A DNA stretch of 64,000 bases from IMG/VR virus record IMGVR_UViG_3300021387_000090, positions 64,001-128,000 of that record. The stretch is one strand, 5' to 3'. How positions within the stretch are numbered: the first letter of the stretch is position 1; each line of letters opens with the position of its first letter. A model generated the notes under the pieces. It was not told the origin of the DNA and did not search any database. It saw nothing but the letters and a program-made list of their open reading frames with translations. Position numbers and translations under genes: made by a program. Source of the stretch: a virus. Its lineage: Duplodnaviria; Caudoviricetes. This document shows positions 20,518 to 30,331 of the stretch, one piece after another.

Positions 20518-21682
20518 TCTTTTTCATTCCAATCTTCTTTATATCTTCTAATGTGATAACGTACTTCTCTTCCATTAATTCAAGAAGTATTTCTTTACCA
20601 CGATCTGTAGGGCTATCTTTAAATCCCAATCTATCTTTTTTATCTGCTACTATGCAGACCTTTACATAAGGAACCAAAGGTGCGACTTTCTTTAATTGCT
20701 TTTGCCACCAGACTTCAGCTTCAAAAGAATCTGCTTCATGATAATCACGATCTGGAGCATAAATTACTTCGCTAACCTTAAGTTCTTCTAATATAATTTT
20801 TATTTGTGTTAATGTTATCGCTGACCCACATGTTGCCACTGTAAAACTATCTTCACCAAAATAACTATAGCTTTGTAAGACAGATTTTTCTGCTTCAACG
20901 AGCATAATCTTTTTCTTTCGTAAGATAGCGTCTTTTACAACATGTAAACCATAAAGATTACTGCCAAGAGGATGAGATAATGTTTGCCCATTGATCTGAA
21001 GCGGAACATACTTACCAATAGCTTCAATATCTGCCTTATCTAAATACCTGCCCCGCACTCCAATAAGTCGATTATTACTATCAAAATGAGGAATCGTAAT
21101 TTGATTAGCCAAACCATAATATCCAATATCGAATCTACCTAATGCTTCTCGGCTAATATGATCATTAAGCCATTCCTCATGAGGAATATAACAAAAAATG
21201 TCTAAGACATTTTCATTAACCTCTGATAATGTTGGAACACTTTTTCTACGTTTTTGTGCAGAACGTATTCTATCTATCCAACTAAAATCTTCAACTTTAA
21301 CTTCATCCTGCTTAGATGTTGTAGCATATTCAAGTTTCCCAGTTACTTGTGCTATCCACCTTAAAGCTTTATACCATGTATACGTCTTGCCCTGTTGACG
21401 CATAGCTCGAATAACTAATTCAACAATATCATAGCTATCTGAGCAGGTATAACAATGGAACATTCCATGCCGCCGATTTTCATATTCAATACCGGGTTTA
21501 TGGTAATAAATAAGTTTGTATGGTGAATCTCCACCATGACAAATACAAGTACTAAAGCATGGATTACCCGCATTATCAATTTTATATTCAGGACTTCCCA
21601 GTAGTCCACAAATTTTAATAACATCATCTATAGTAAGCGAATCTAATATGTAATTTTTATCTAAATATTGCATACGACTCAC
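20510..21682 (-). CDS. DNA primase (DnaG-like)
   Basis: N-terminal zinc motif (CH...CYTC), IPHFD...GVRGR, TOPRIM VEAEKS and DRD. Confidence 0.85.
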   Translation of the reverse strand: MSRMQYLDKNYILDSLTIDDVIKICGLLGSPEYKIDNAGNPCFSTCICHGGDSPYKLIYYHKPGIEYENRRHGMFHCYTCSDSYDIVELVIRAMRQQGKTYTWYKALRWIAQVTGKLEYATTSKQDEVKVEDFSWIDRIRSAQKRRKSVPTLSEVNENVLDIFCYIPHEEWLNDHISREALGRFDIGYYGLANQITIPHFDSNNRLIGVRGRYLDKADIEAIGKYVPLQINGQTLSHPLGSNLYGLHVVKDAILRKKKIMLVEAEKSVLQSYSYFGEDSFTVATCGSAITLTQIKIILEELKVSEVIYAPDRDYHEADSFEAEVWWQKQLKKVAPLVPYVKVCIVADKKDRLGFKDSPTDRGKEILLELMEEKYVITLEDIKKIGMKKNE

Positions 21683-21686
21683 CTAC

Positions 21687-23342
21687 CTAAAATATTAATT
21701 TGTTATCTTCGTCAAATGGCAACTCGGGTTTTTCGTTCGTATCTTCATGGCTTTCTTCTAGTAAATCAGGATCGGTTTCAGCAATATTAATTCCCACACT
21801 ATTTTCTTTTACAATTGTATCGACTCTTTCAATCTGTGTGAGATCCATTGGCTGAAGTTCGAAATCAAAATCAGTAACAAAACAATCCTGAATTCTCATA
21901 GTGCCTAAATCAATATGGCTTAAAACAATGATACGAGATAGCTTACCTTGACGAACCTTATAACACCACTGCAACAAATTAATTTCAGGACATCCAATCT
22001 TATGTTTGGTAATTGCTTCTATTTTTTTCTTCTCAGCAGCGTTGGGTCTTGATGAAATAATACCAATATCTATTTTATTAGCAATAGCTTTGGAACCTTG
22101 CAAAACTGTATGGTCTTTATATCTAGCATCTATTGAATCAGCAGACAACTGAGTACCTGAAATAATAGCTATGTCTAATCTTTCAGCTAACGCTTTCATT
22201 CTAGTTGAAAAGATTAATAAGATCTGCCATTCCTGTAAACGCATACTTGACTTTTGATTTACTTCACTCGAAAGTCTCATGCTGTTTTGAAGGTAGTCGA
22301 AGATAAAAATCTCAACCTGATAAGTTAATACATACCGTTTAGCAATATTCTCAATATCTGTAATACTGTAATCATCACAATATATAAGATATAAAGGGCT
22401 TTCTGCAATATATCTGGCAGCTTCATGAACTCGTTCAAGTTCACCATCTTTATATTCACCCTCAAGAATATGCTCTTCGTTTACGCCTGAGACAGCGGCT
22501 AATACAATAGTCTGAAATTCTCTTAAACTACCTTCTGTACCTATGTATAAAGTAGGTACATTGTGTCCAGTATGAATAAACTTCTTTTCTTTTTGATCCC
22601 ATGTATAGGGCACAGCAAAATTGCAAGCATCCATGAGAAATTGTCTTGATTTGCCCACACCCGTACTTGCTGACCGTAAATAAAATTTACCTCTTCTAGC
22701 ACCTCGACATATGGCATTCAAAAAAGGACTTGTAAAACCATATCCCCAATCTGGCGTATCCAATAACTCATCGATCAAACTATCCATACCATCACCTGCC
22801 TGAATACTTTCTGAAAGCATTTCAGAACAATAATCCATTTTAGGTGATATCACGAATTCATTTTCGACAATATCGACAATATCCTTTTCAGAATAATTAT
22901 CAAATTTTTGTTTTTCTTGCTCTATTGTTTTTTCATCTACCGCCGCCCAATCATAAATCAATTTTCGAGTATCTAACCCCTTTGACTCATAATATCGCAG
23001 TAGTGATAACTTCTTCATTATGTGATAGAAGTAATCATAGTTTTCAAGACTGGCAATTTCTCTGGCATTGACCAAATACTCTAATCCATGATTATCCTGA
23101 AAAATTCTATATTGATCTTTATAATGGCTAAGATAAGAATCAATAGCAAATTCATCCAAATTCGTACACCCTTGTACATAAAGGTTGTACATTGCCACAT
23201 AAAGTAATTCATAAAATGGTTCACTCTTAAAATCTTGTCTACTAAGAGGATGATCCATGTCATCTATCAGAGAAGGATCTTGTTGAATGCATCCTAATAC
23301 ATTCAAGAAAGCCCTCTTATCAACAAGTCCTTCATAAGTCAT
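21687..23342 (-). CDS. Replicative helicase (DnaB-like)
   Basis: ASTGVGKS Walker A, IFDYLQ, TQL, KVRQG arginine finger. Confidence 0.88.
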   Translation of the reverse strand: MTYEGLVDKRAFLNVLGCIQQDPSLIDDMDHPLSRQDFKSEPFYELLYVAMYNLYVQGCTNLDEFAIDSYLSHYKDQYRIFQDNHGLEYLVNAREIASLENYDYFYHIMKKLSLLRYYESKGLDTRKLIYDWAAVDEKTIEQEKQKFDNYSEKDIVDIVENEFVISPKMDYCSEMLSESIQAGDGMDSLIDELLDTPDWGYGFTSPFLNAICRGARRGKFYLRSASTGVGKSRQFLMDACNFAVPYTWDQKEKKFIHTGHNVPTLYIGTEGSLREFQTIVLAAVSGVNEEHILEGEYKDGELERVHEAARYIAESPLYLIYCDDYSITDIENIAKRYVLTYQVEIFIFDYLQNSMRLSSEVNQKSSMRLQEWQILLIFSTRMKALAERLDIAIISGTQLSADSIDARYKDHTVLQGSKAIANKIDIGIISSRPNAAEKKKIEAITKHKIGCPEINLLQWCYKVRQGKLSRIIVLSHIDLGTMRIQDCFVTDFDFELQPMDLTQIERVDTIVKENSVGINIAETDPDLLEESHEDTNEKPELPFDEDNKLIF

Positions 23343-23358
23343 TGGTTACTACTCTCCT

Positions 23359-24489
23359 TTATTTAATACTCTCTCGCTCTTTCCCAGTAGAGTAAAGAGT
23401 TTGAATTGAATTTAAATTATCATACATATAATCAGGAACAGCAATCTCATTCTTATGAGTAATCACAACTTTAAATTCTCGATCAAATGAATCTTTTCTT
23501 AATCTCTCTAAGAAATTATAATCCATTTGTCCATATCTAATTGTTCCCTGAAATTCATTAGGAATATTTGTTTCATCATAAAGCCCTATACTTAATTGCT
23601 TATCTTCTTTAAAATTAGGATCAATACCATGCCTTGTCAAATAAGTTCTTGTAACATAATAAGGTTCTGTATAAAAACCAAGTTTTTGTTCAAGCACTCG
23701 GACATTATCGAGTCCTGTGTTTGATGGAGTAGTATGGACGTTATCAGGATCGTCATTTAATAACAACCCTTGACCGTTTTCAAAAATCACTTCATCGTAT
23801 TTTTTAATGATCTCTGCATCGCACCACATAGTATGATTTAACATAAAATAGCAATCTTGAAGATATTTTTCAATAATAGCATCATTCTCTGTATAAAGGA
23901 TTTTACTCCAGTTTAAAATAACTTGATTGGATATTTCTTGATTTTCTTTATATCGTTTAAAATTATAATCAAAATAATTCTTTCTAATTTTAATCCAATC
24001 ACAAAACGACTTAATATCACCCCATGTGCAAACAGAAAAATCATTATATAATTTTACTGTTTGCCAAATACCCATGCCACAACTACCGTGTCGCTTTTCA
24101 CCACGACTTTCTTCTAGCATTTGATTTAAATACATCTCATACGGAGTGGTAATGCGACATTTTTTATCAATATAAACGTGAGAATAAAATCCCATTTTAT
24201 TTAATTCTTTATATTCCTGTACAAAAACCATAGGGTTTATAATAAAGAATTCTGAAAGATAAGTATCTGCACCTATAAAAGTACCAGACCCAAAATGACG
24301 AAAAGCATGTTTGATACCTTCAACTAAGGAGACGGTATGAGAGCGTTGTGGGCCACCATTATTTAAAACTACTAATGTCTTATAACCTTTTTGAATTGCT
24401 TGATTAGCAAGATAATCTGTAACTAACCCTTTTCCTTCGTCACCCGCATTCATCCCTACTACAACCTTTGATCTCACATCTATTCCCAT
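23359..24489 (-). CDS. purA: Adenylosuccinate synthetase-like protein
   Basis: GDEGKG, GGPQRSHT, HGSCGMG, FENGQGLLL, TRTYLTRHG. Confidence 0.8.
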   Translation of the reverse strand: MGIDVRSKVVVGMNAGDEGKGLVTDYLANQAIQKGYKTLVVLNNGGPQRSHTVSLVEGIKHAFRHFGSGTFIGADTYLSEFFIINPMVFVQEYKELNKMGFYSHVYIDKKCRITTPYEMYLNQMLEESRGEKRHGSCGMGIWQTVKLYNDFSVCTWGDIKSFCDWIKIRKNYFDYNFKRYKENQEISNQVILNWSKILYTENDAIIEKYLQDCYFMLNHTMWCDAEIIKKYDEVIFENGQGLLLNDDPDNVHTTPSNTGLDNVRVLEQKLGFYTEPYYVTRTYLTRHGIDPNFKEDKQLSIGLYDETNIPNEFQGTIRYGQMDYNFLERLRKDSFDREFKVVITHKNEIAVPDYMYDNLNSIQTLYSTGKERESIK

Positions 24490-24507
24490 ATCGTCTCCTT
24501 TATTAAA

Positions 24508-25383
24508 TCACCAACTAATTTCACCTTGATTAATTACTGCCGAAGTGGAGGAAGTCCCATTATAATGATTAATAATTAAATCAATAATTATTTTAGCAAG
24601 ATCATCTATTTCCTCACAACAAACAACATTCTGATCGCCAATTATCTTCGCAAAAGTAGGTTTAATATTTTTATAATCATATATGCTTTCCTTATGATGG
24701 TTTACATGAATATGAAATACATCATATTTTTCCGACACTTCTCTATAAAGGTCTTTCGTATCAATGTCATTCTGCAAATCATCTCCAATTTTCGCAGCCA
24801 ATGTTTCTTTTGGAAGATAGGGATTTAATTGTTCATCGCCAATTGTAATAATAATTCCTTTTTGCCCACGCTTCCAACAATCAAGTTTAGTGTGTCTAGC
24901 TCCCATATACCATGCTACAGTATAGGATTCATATGAATTGCCTCCACCACCAAATTCAAAATACACTTTGTCCATTTGCTCTGCGATTCTAATATCGGAT
25001 TCAAACTGACTAATCTGAGTAGGATATCTGTCATAAGCAAGATCACCAATTCCCATGATACAAAATTCGACATCTATCAATTCCTTATACAAAGATTCCA
25101 TAATAATATTCAACTTTTTAGCTGCCTCAACCGCTGCATCGCCCATGCTACCAGTTACATCAAGCGCAATAATTACAGGCTTTGTTTCAGGATGCTCTTC
25201 TGTATCAAGGCATTCTCTCATTACTTGATAAGGGACCAAAGATTTATTAATTGATACCTGTTTGTAAATATCTTGAGTAGAATTTACACCCACAATAGAA
25301 CCAAGACTGTCAACTGTGGCTCCTGATTTTGTGCTTGTTGTGTAATTTATAAAGCTACTCCTCGTCCAAGATCCACTACCCAT
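24508..25383 (-). CDS. vWA (MIDAS) domain protein
   Basis: DVTGSM MIDAS, GGGN..ESY, TIGDE. Confidence 0.8.
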   Translation of the reverse strand: MGSGSWTRSSFINYTTSTKSGATVDSLGSIVGVNSTQDIYKQVSINKSLVPYQVMRECLDTEEHPETKPVIIALDVTGSMGDAAVEAAKKLNIIMESLYKELIDVEFCIMGIGDLAYDRYPTQISQFESDIRIAEQMDKVYFEFGGGGNSYESYTVAWYMGARHTKLDCWKRGQKGIIITIGDEQLNPYLPKETLAAKIGDDLQNDIDTKDLYREVSEKYDVFHIHVNHHKESIYDYKNIKPTFAKIIGDQNVVCCEEIDDLAKIIIDLIINHYNGTSSTSAVINQGEISW

Positions 25384-26036
25384 TATTCCATCTCCTTGTC
25401 TTCTGATTCATCCTCTTCAGTTTCGTCCATACCTAGATCGAAATTCACATCTTCCAAATTAAACATACCATCAAATATATTACTGACATTCCCACCACTA
25501 AGCATCATTAAAGGAAGCATCCATCCCAGACTATCCGTCATGCCATTGGATGCATTACTACCTTTCACCATCTGTGACATTAACATATATTTCATAATGT
25601 TATTAACGCCACCTTTTTTAGAAAAATTATTGCCAAATAAGCTAACAATTTTTCCATAAAAATAGGTCGATCCCATAAACACATGACGTTCAGGAAGTAC
25701 GTTCTCAATAGTACTGTCTTCATAATTGATAACTGTAATCTTTGTTTTATCAATATTGATTACACAACGAGGTGTCCCATTTACAAGAATAATATCTCCT
25801 TTTTCTACTTTACTGGTTGGAATTAAAAAGAAGAAATCTTCACCAATATCAAATACAAAGTTACTCTGATTAGTAAGCCTACCAGTTTTTACATTATAAG
25901 ATTTATAACCATTACTTGTCTTAATAGCAATTTTCCCATTCATAGTCATACGGCACATACCGGGAGCAATTTTTCCAAACATTCCATTAAACATATTTGT
26001 CATATTCATATCCTTATTCTCCTTTTTTAATAACAA
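25383..26036 (-). CDS. Hypothetical protein (co-transcribed with vWA and purA-like genes)
   Basis: ORF track. Met-rich C-terminus, overlaps the vWA start. Confidence 0.6.
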   Translation of the reverse strand: MLLKKENKDMNMTNMFNGMFGKIAPGMCRMTMNGKIAIKTSNGYKSYNVKTGRLTNQSNFVFDIGEDFFFLIPTSKVEKGDIILVNGTPRCVINIDKTKITVINYEDSTIENVLPERHVFMGSTYFYGKIVSLFGNNFSKKGGVNNIMKYMLMSQMVKGSNASNGMTDSLGWMLPLMMLSGGNVSNIFDGMFNLEDVNFDLGMDETEEDESEDKEME

Positions 26037-26813
26037 GGGTTATAATCATCATAATTAAATCTTTCTTCACCATCTATATAATCATAAATGCCTGTCTCTA
26101 AACTCTGATGAAGTTCATCTGCCATATGTTCAATATCTTCAATACTTTTAGGTTCCAGTGATTCAATAAAATCTGCAATAAATATTTCAAAATCAATAAT
26201 ATTTTTATATGGAATCATTTTACCTCTCCTATACTTGCGATATCTAATTCTTTTATTTTTCGTTTCTGTGGTTTTATCTGAATAATTTTCTTAGGGTAGT
26301 ATTTAGACCAATTAATTTTCTTGTTATTATCTTCAATATTCTTTAATTCTTGATTAAATTGTTCTGCTTCAGAATAATAATAGGGAATGATACCAACAAC
26401 GTCACCTTTTAATTCTTTTTGCAGAATTTCGTTAAGATAAACCAGTGTCTGATACATTCCCTCAAAAGTAAAATTATAATGATCTATATACCTTTCTGAA
26501 ACAGCTAATTGCTTTACAGACAGTTCTTCCTCTGGAATTAATGTTTTAAGATACGCATAATATTTTTTCTTTTTTGCGTACTCTTCTTCACTCATTCCGT
26601 CTTTAAGAAGCGCCTGTGGCTTTTGTTTTTTAACCGCTCCAGTTTTCTTCTTACCCTCCGCTTTAACAGCTAAAGTCGCCTTCTTTTGTTGATTAATTTC
26701 CTTCATGGCTGCATCAAAACAATGTTGATGAGCATATTTACCTTTATACGGCACACTAGACTCTGCAGGGGAGATATTCTCCCCGCAGAGTACGCATTTT
26801 CTTGGACGCATAA

Positions 26814-27884
26814 TTACAATAATCCTTGTAATTCATTCAGAATAACTTCTACAGCTTCCTGCTGTTTAGGGGTACAATTTGAAACTAAAGCGCCTTTACC
26901 AAGAACTGCTTCAACTACTTCCGTAAGCTTTTCTTTAGAACCGTATTTCTCAACAATCTTCATGCCAGTTTCCTGAACTTCTGTCATAAGATCATCAAAA
27001 TCCCGCTTTTCAGTTTCAAACATAGCGTCTCGTTCTTCTTTACTTACTGCCTTAATACCATCGGCTTTTTCCTGACGATCAATTGCATTATAGTAAGCCT
27101 GAATTAGATTATCTGCTGTAAAATCTTCAATCACAGGATCGAAGTATTCATTTCTTGTTCTAGCAAAATACTCATCAGTTCCTGCAAGCATTAAAGAAGA
27201 ATGAATAGGTTTCCCAGTATCGGGATCTACACCATTACCTTTTACATATCCAATCACATCACTGTGATTAAGGATGATAGGAAGCATTCTCTTTCTATCC
27301 CCAACAGGGAAGAATCTACCATCTTCATCTGCAATAGCGTGTAAGATAAAAATCACATAAAAACCGCTACCAATAATCTTAAGCATTGCAGACTCCCATT
27401 CAGCCTTTAAGTCACCCCAAAGGCCATAGCCACCATTGCCCTCTTTAATTTTATTAACACCTTCACTATTTGCTACATACTTCTCGCAATAAGAATAAAG
27501 GACTTCAACTTCATCTAAGATAAAGCCTTTATACTTCTTGTGCAGAGCGTCATAATTCTTAGGGTCTGAAACCGTTTTAACAAACTTCAAAAAATCACCC
27601 CAAGATTTAATAGACGTAAAAGCTACATTGTTCAGTCCACTTAATCCTGATTTACCAAAAGCCAAATATAAAGGATCTGGCATATCAACGGCTACGGGTG
27701 TCTTACCTAAACCGCCCAATCCGTACCAACAAGCAATGAAATTATCAAGTGATCTCGTTACTCTAGATACCTTGGCGTTTAAAATATCATCAAGCGAAAA
27801 GGCTGCAACTTTTTTAGTTTCTTCTACCAGTTCTTCAATTCCTACATTTTCGTTTTCTTGTTTCTCTTTTGCTTTAGTAGCCAT
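26814..27884 (-). CDS. AAA-family ATPase (Sak4/AAA_24-like)
   Basis: GLGGLGKT, ILDEVE, GYGLWG, FILH. Confidence 0.75.
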   Translation of the reverse strand: MATKAKEKQENENVGIEELVEETKKVAAFSLDDILNAKVSRVTRSLDNFIACWYGLGGLGKTPVAVDMPDPLYLAFGKSGLSGLNNVAFTSIKSWGDFLKFVKTVSDPKNYDALHKKYKGFILDEVEVLYSYCEKYVANSEGVNKIKEGNGGYGLWGDLKAEWESAMLKIIGSGFYVIFILHAIADEDGRFFPVGDRKRMLPIILNHSDVIGYVKGNGVDPDTGKPIHSSLMLAGTDEYFARTRNEYFDPVIEDFTADNLIQAYYNAIDRQEKADGIKAVSKEERDAMFETEKRDFDDLMTEVQETGMKIVEKYGSKEKLTEVVEAVLGKGALVSNCTPKQQEAVEVILNELQGLL

Positions 27885-27918
27885 ATTCTATTTCACCTCG
27901 CTTCTATTCACTTTTAGA

Positions 27919-28803
27919 TTAAAATCCCAGATCAAGAGTTCTTCCACGACTAGCGCCACTAGGTTTTGCAGTTTTCTTCGCAGTAGCATTAGCCTGTTCT
28001 TTCTGGCTCTCAATGCGATTTTTTCTTTCCTGAATACAAGCTTTGATTACTTCAGCGTCATAAGGCTTTTCAGGCGTTACACCTTCTTCATAAGGTTCAC
28101 TGGCACCAGTAATAATAAGTTCATTCTTGTAACTAGTTCTGGTTTCAACCTTCGGCTTACCAATAGCTACAGGAATTTCAATAGTCTTAACAACACGATT
28201 GTTTACAACATCACCGAAAAATCTTACAGTCTGTCCTGCTTCAAATGTAGATTCAACAGCATCCGCAACCTCTGTATCTGCAACCAGAGTAAGAGGCTCA
28301 ATACCATTCTCATACATAGGAACCCAACCCTTAACCAAAATTCTTCCAGTTTCTTCACCATCAGTGGTCATTTCTGGAGTCATCTGAGAGATAAACATTT
28401 CTACATCAAATGTCGCATGATAATTGGCATCTGCAGGATTGGCAATTCTATTAAAGAAATTAGACTTATACGATACAATATCATTTCCGCTCTGTACGCT
28501 ATGATACAAATTCAGATCACCAATGGTACGAACAATATCTGCATCAGCTTCACCAACGGCAGCAATTGACTTATATTCATTCATCACAGTTTTAATTCCA
28601 GGATAGGCACGATTATCTGTATTCACTTTTGTCTTTTCTCGAATATTAATTGGGAACTGAATGAAATTTACGTCTGATGTCTTCAGAGTCAATTTACCTG
28701 AAATCATGTTCACTCCATCTTTCATCTCTTCTTTCAGATCCATATCCGAAAGGATACCTTCAACACTCACTTTTGCAATTGCCTGTCTAATATTTGTTTC
28801 CAT
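27919..28803 (-). CDS. Putative single-stranded DNA-binding protein (OB-fold, SPbeta-like)
   Basis: Beta-rich OB-like sequence, LDLGF tail, and position beside the recombination ATPase. Confidence 0.55.
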   Translation of the reverse strand: METNIRQAIAKVSVEGILSDMDLKEEMKDGVNMISGKLTLKTSDVNFIQFPINIREKTKVNTDNRAYPGIKTVMNEYKSIAAVGEADADIVRTIGDLNLYHSVQSGNDIVSYKSNFFNRIANPADANYHATFDVEMFISQMTPEMTTDGEETGRILVKGWVPMYENGIEPLTLVADTEVADAVESTFEAGQTVRFFGDVVNNRVVKTIEIPVAIGKPKVETRTSYKNELIITGASEPYEEGVTPEKPYDAEVIKACIQERKNRIESQKEQANATAKKTAKPSGASRGRTLDLGF

Positions 28804-29083
28804 TCTTTAAAAACTCCTTTTTCTATGTATTTTCTAATCTTTAAAACCAACGAGTGTCTTTATTTATATCGAGGCTGGGATCCTCGTTATATTCTACAAT
28901 AATTATTTCATTGCATTCTGGACATTGACATAATTTAGTTGAATAGCCATATCCATTTTCATCCCACCATTGAGGTACTTCTTTTAAAATTATTTTTGTC
29001 TTACAACTTCGACATATTCGGACTCCTTGATCGCTTTTCATTCTCCATTATAAATCTCCTTTCTTAAGTTAGTCATGACATAA

Positions 29084-29158
29084 TACCCAGAATCGGATTT
29101 GAACCGATAAGCACGATATTTTGAGTATCGCAGGTCTGCCAGTTGCCGTCATCTGGGC
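29084..29158 (-). tRNA. tRNA-Leu(CAA), short variable loop
   Basis: GCCCAGA/TCTGGGT acceptor, CGATA-CTCAAAA-TATCG anticodon arm, ATCGG-TTCAAAT-CCGAT T arm. Confidence 0.75.
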
Positions 29159-29279
29159 AGGTGAGAAATAGAAATAAGGCCGTGTTAAAAAGGTATTGTT
29201 AGCGCTCCAATCGGGGTCGATTAAATGGTAAACCCGTTTCCCCATACCTCATCTCTATTTCTCTTTGGTAGCTAACCAG

Positions 29280-29418
29280 TCGGAGTGATAGGATTCGAAC
29301 CTATAACACACAGTTCCTTGTTCCTATGAAGTAAGTGTTATACTGCTTCATTTTACATGAGAATAATAATAACACTCAAATATATTATACTGTTGCTCTA
29401 CCGTTAAGCTACACTCCG
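29280..29418 (-). ncRNA. tRNA scaffold with a Ro60-binding (Y RNA) helix inserted in the anticodon loop
   Basis: CGGAGTG/CACTCCG acceptor, D arm, ACAGT/ACTGT stem, T arm. The insert carries TATTCTC-loop-GAAGCAG...TTACTTC, matching the Y-like elements at 37.6-39.9 kb. Confidence 0.75.
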
Positions 29419-29576
29419 TGGTGAGGTTAAAGTCCCTCAACTACACATATTACCAAGTTGGCCTATTGTCTTACATCCCTGTTCACCATTAATGTACATT
29501 AAAATATTCTATGACTACTAACGAAGCAAGTTTTTCAATACTGCGGATGGTATTCATTTGTTCTCGACCGCTATCA

Positions 29577-29649
29577 TCGGAATAGAGAGACTTGAACTCT
29601 CGCCTCATCGGTTAAAAGCCGATTACTCTACCAACTGAGTTATATTCCG
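29577..29649 (-). tRNA. tRNA-Lys(UUU)
   Basis: CGGAATA/TATTCCG acceptor, ATCGG-CTTTTAA-CCGAT, GAGAG-TTCAAGT-CTCTC. Confidence 0.9.
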
Positions 29650-30185
29650 AAAATAAATTATGGGTAAGGATTTGTACCTTATTATTCATCCAGACTTATC
29701 TGTAAGTTCAAAAAATTTATAACCATGATACAAAAAATAAATATAATCCCAATTCGTATCATAATTATCATTACCGCACCAGTCTTCTCTGTTAATTTCT
29801 ATATCCAAAATTTTCGCAAGTTTTTCAAGATTAGTTATCTGAATTGCTTTTTCGTGAAATGTGTCAGCAACTGTAATTGATTCAAAGGATTTTCTTCTCA
29901 TTTTTTCGGCTTTAATCTGCATATTCAACCATTTATATGCGTTGTCCATTTCTCTCATTTTCATTCTTTCTCCAAATAATTTTTTGGTTAAACTCATAAT
30001 AAATACAGGAATGAACTAACATTTGCAGTCTTCGCTAACATACCAGTCAATGTGTACTCATGAGGGGCATACCATTTTCCACTTGAGGCCCATATTCACT
30101 TATATACCGCACCGAAAGTTATCTACGGCTTTTACACTCGTAACTTTAATCCGTCGATTGTGCCCACGGCCATCCGTGCGGTTTA

Positions 30186-30283
30186 TTATGCGGGTAAGGA
30201 TTTGCACCTTACATGAGCAAGTTATTTACCGTAATTTCACATGCTCTTACGGACTATGTGTCTATCTATTCCACCACCGCATA
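30186..30283 (-). ncRNA. tRNA-like RNA with a predicted pseudoknot replacing the anticodon arm
   Basis: TATGCGG/CCGCATA acceptor, GTG/CAC D arm, GTAAGG-TGCAAAT-CCTTAC T arm. CCGTAA/TTACGG plus GAGCA/TGCTC pairings. Confidence 0.6.
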
Positions 30284-30331
30284 ACGTAGTCTTTCCTACT
30301 GTCAGATCCCTCCACTTTGCACAAGTGAAGA

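Noticed and set aside
23359-24489. PurZ / 2-aminoadenine (Z) genome system
   Set aside because: The protein keeps the PurA-type Asp in GDEGKG rather than the Ser/Gly substitution of PurZ, and no DatZ/MazZ is recognisable in the window.
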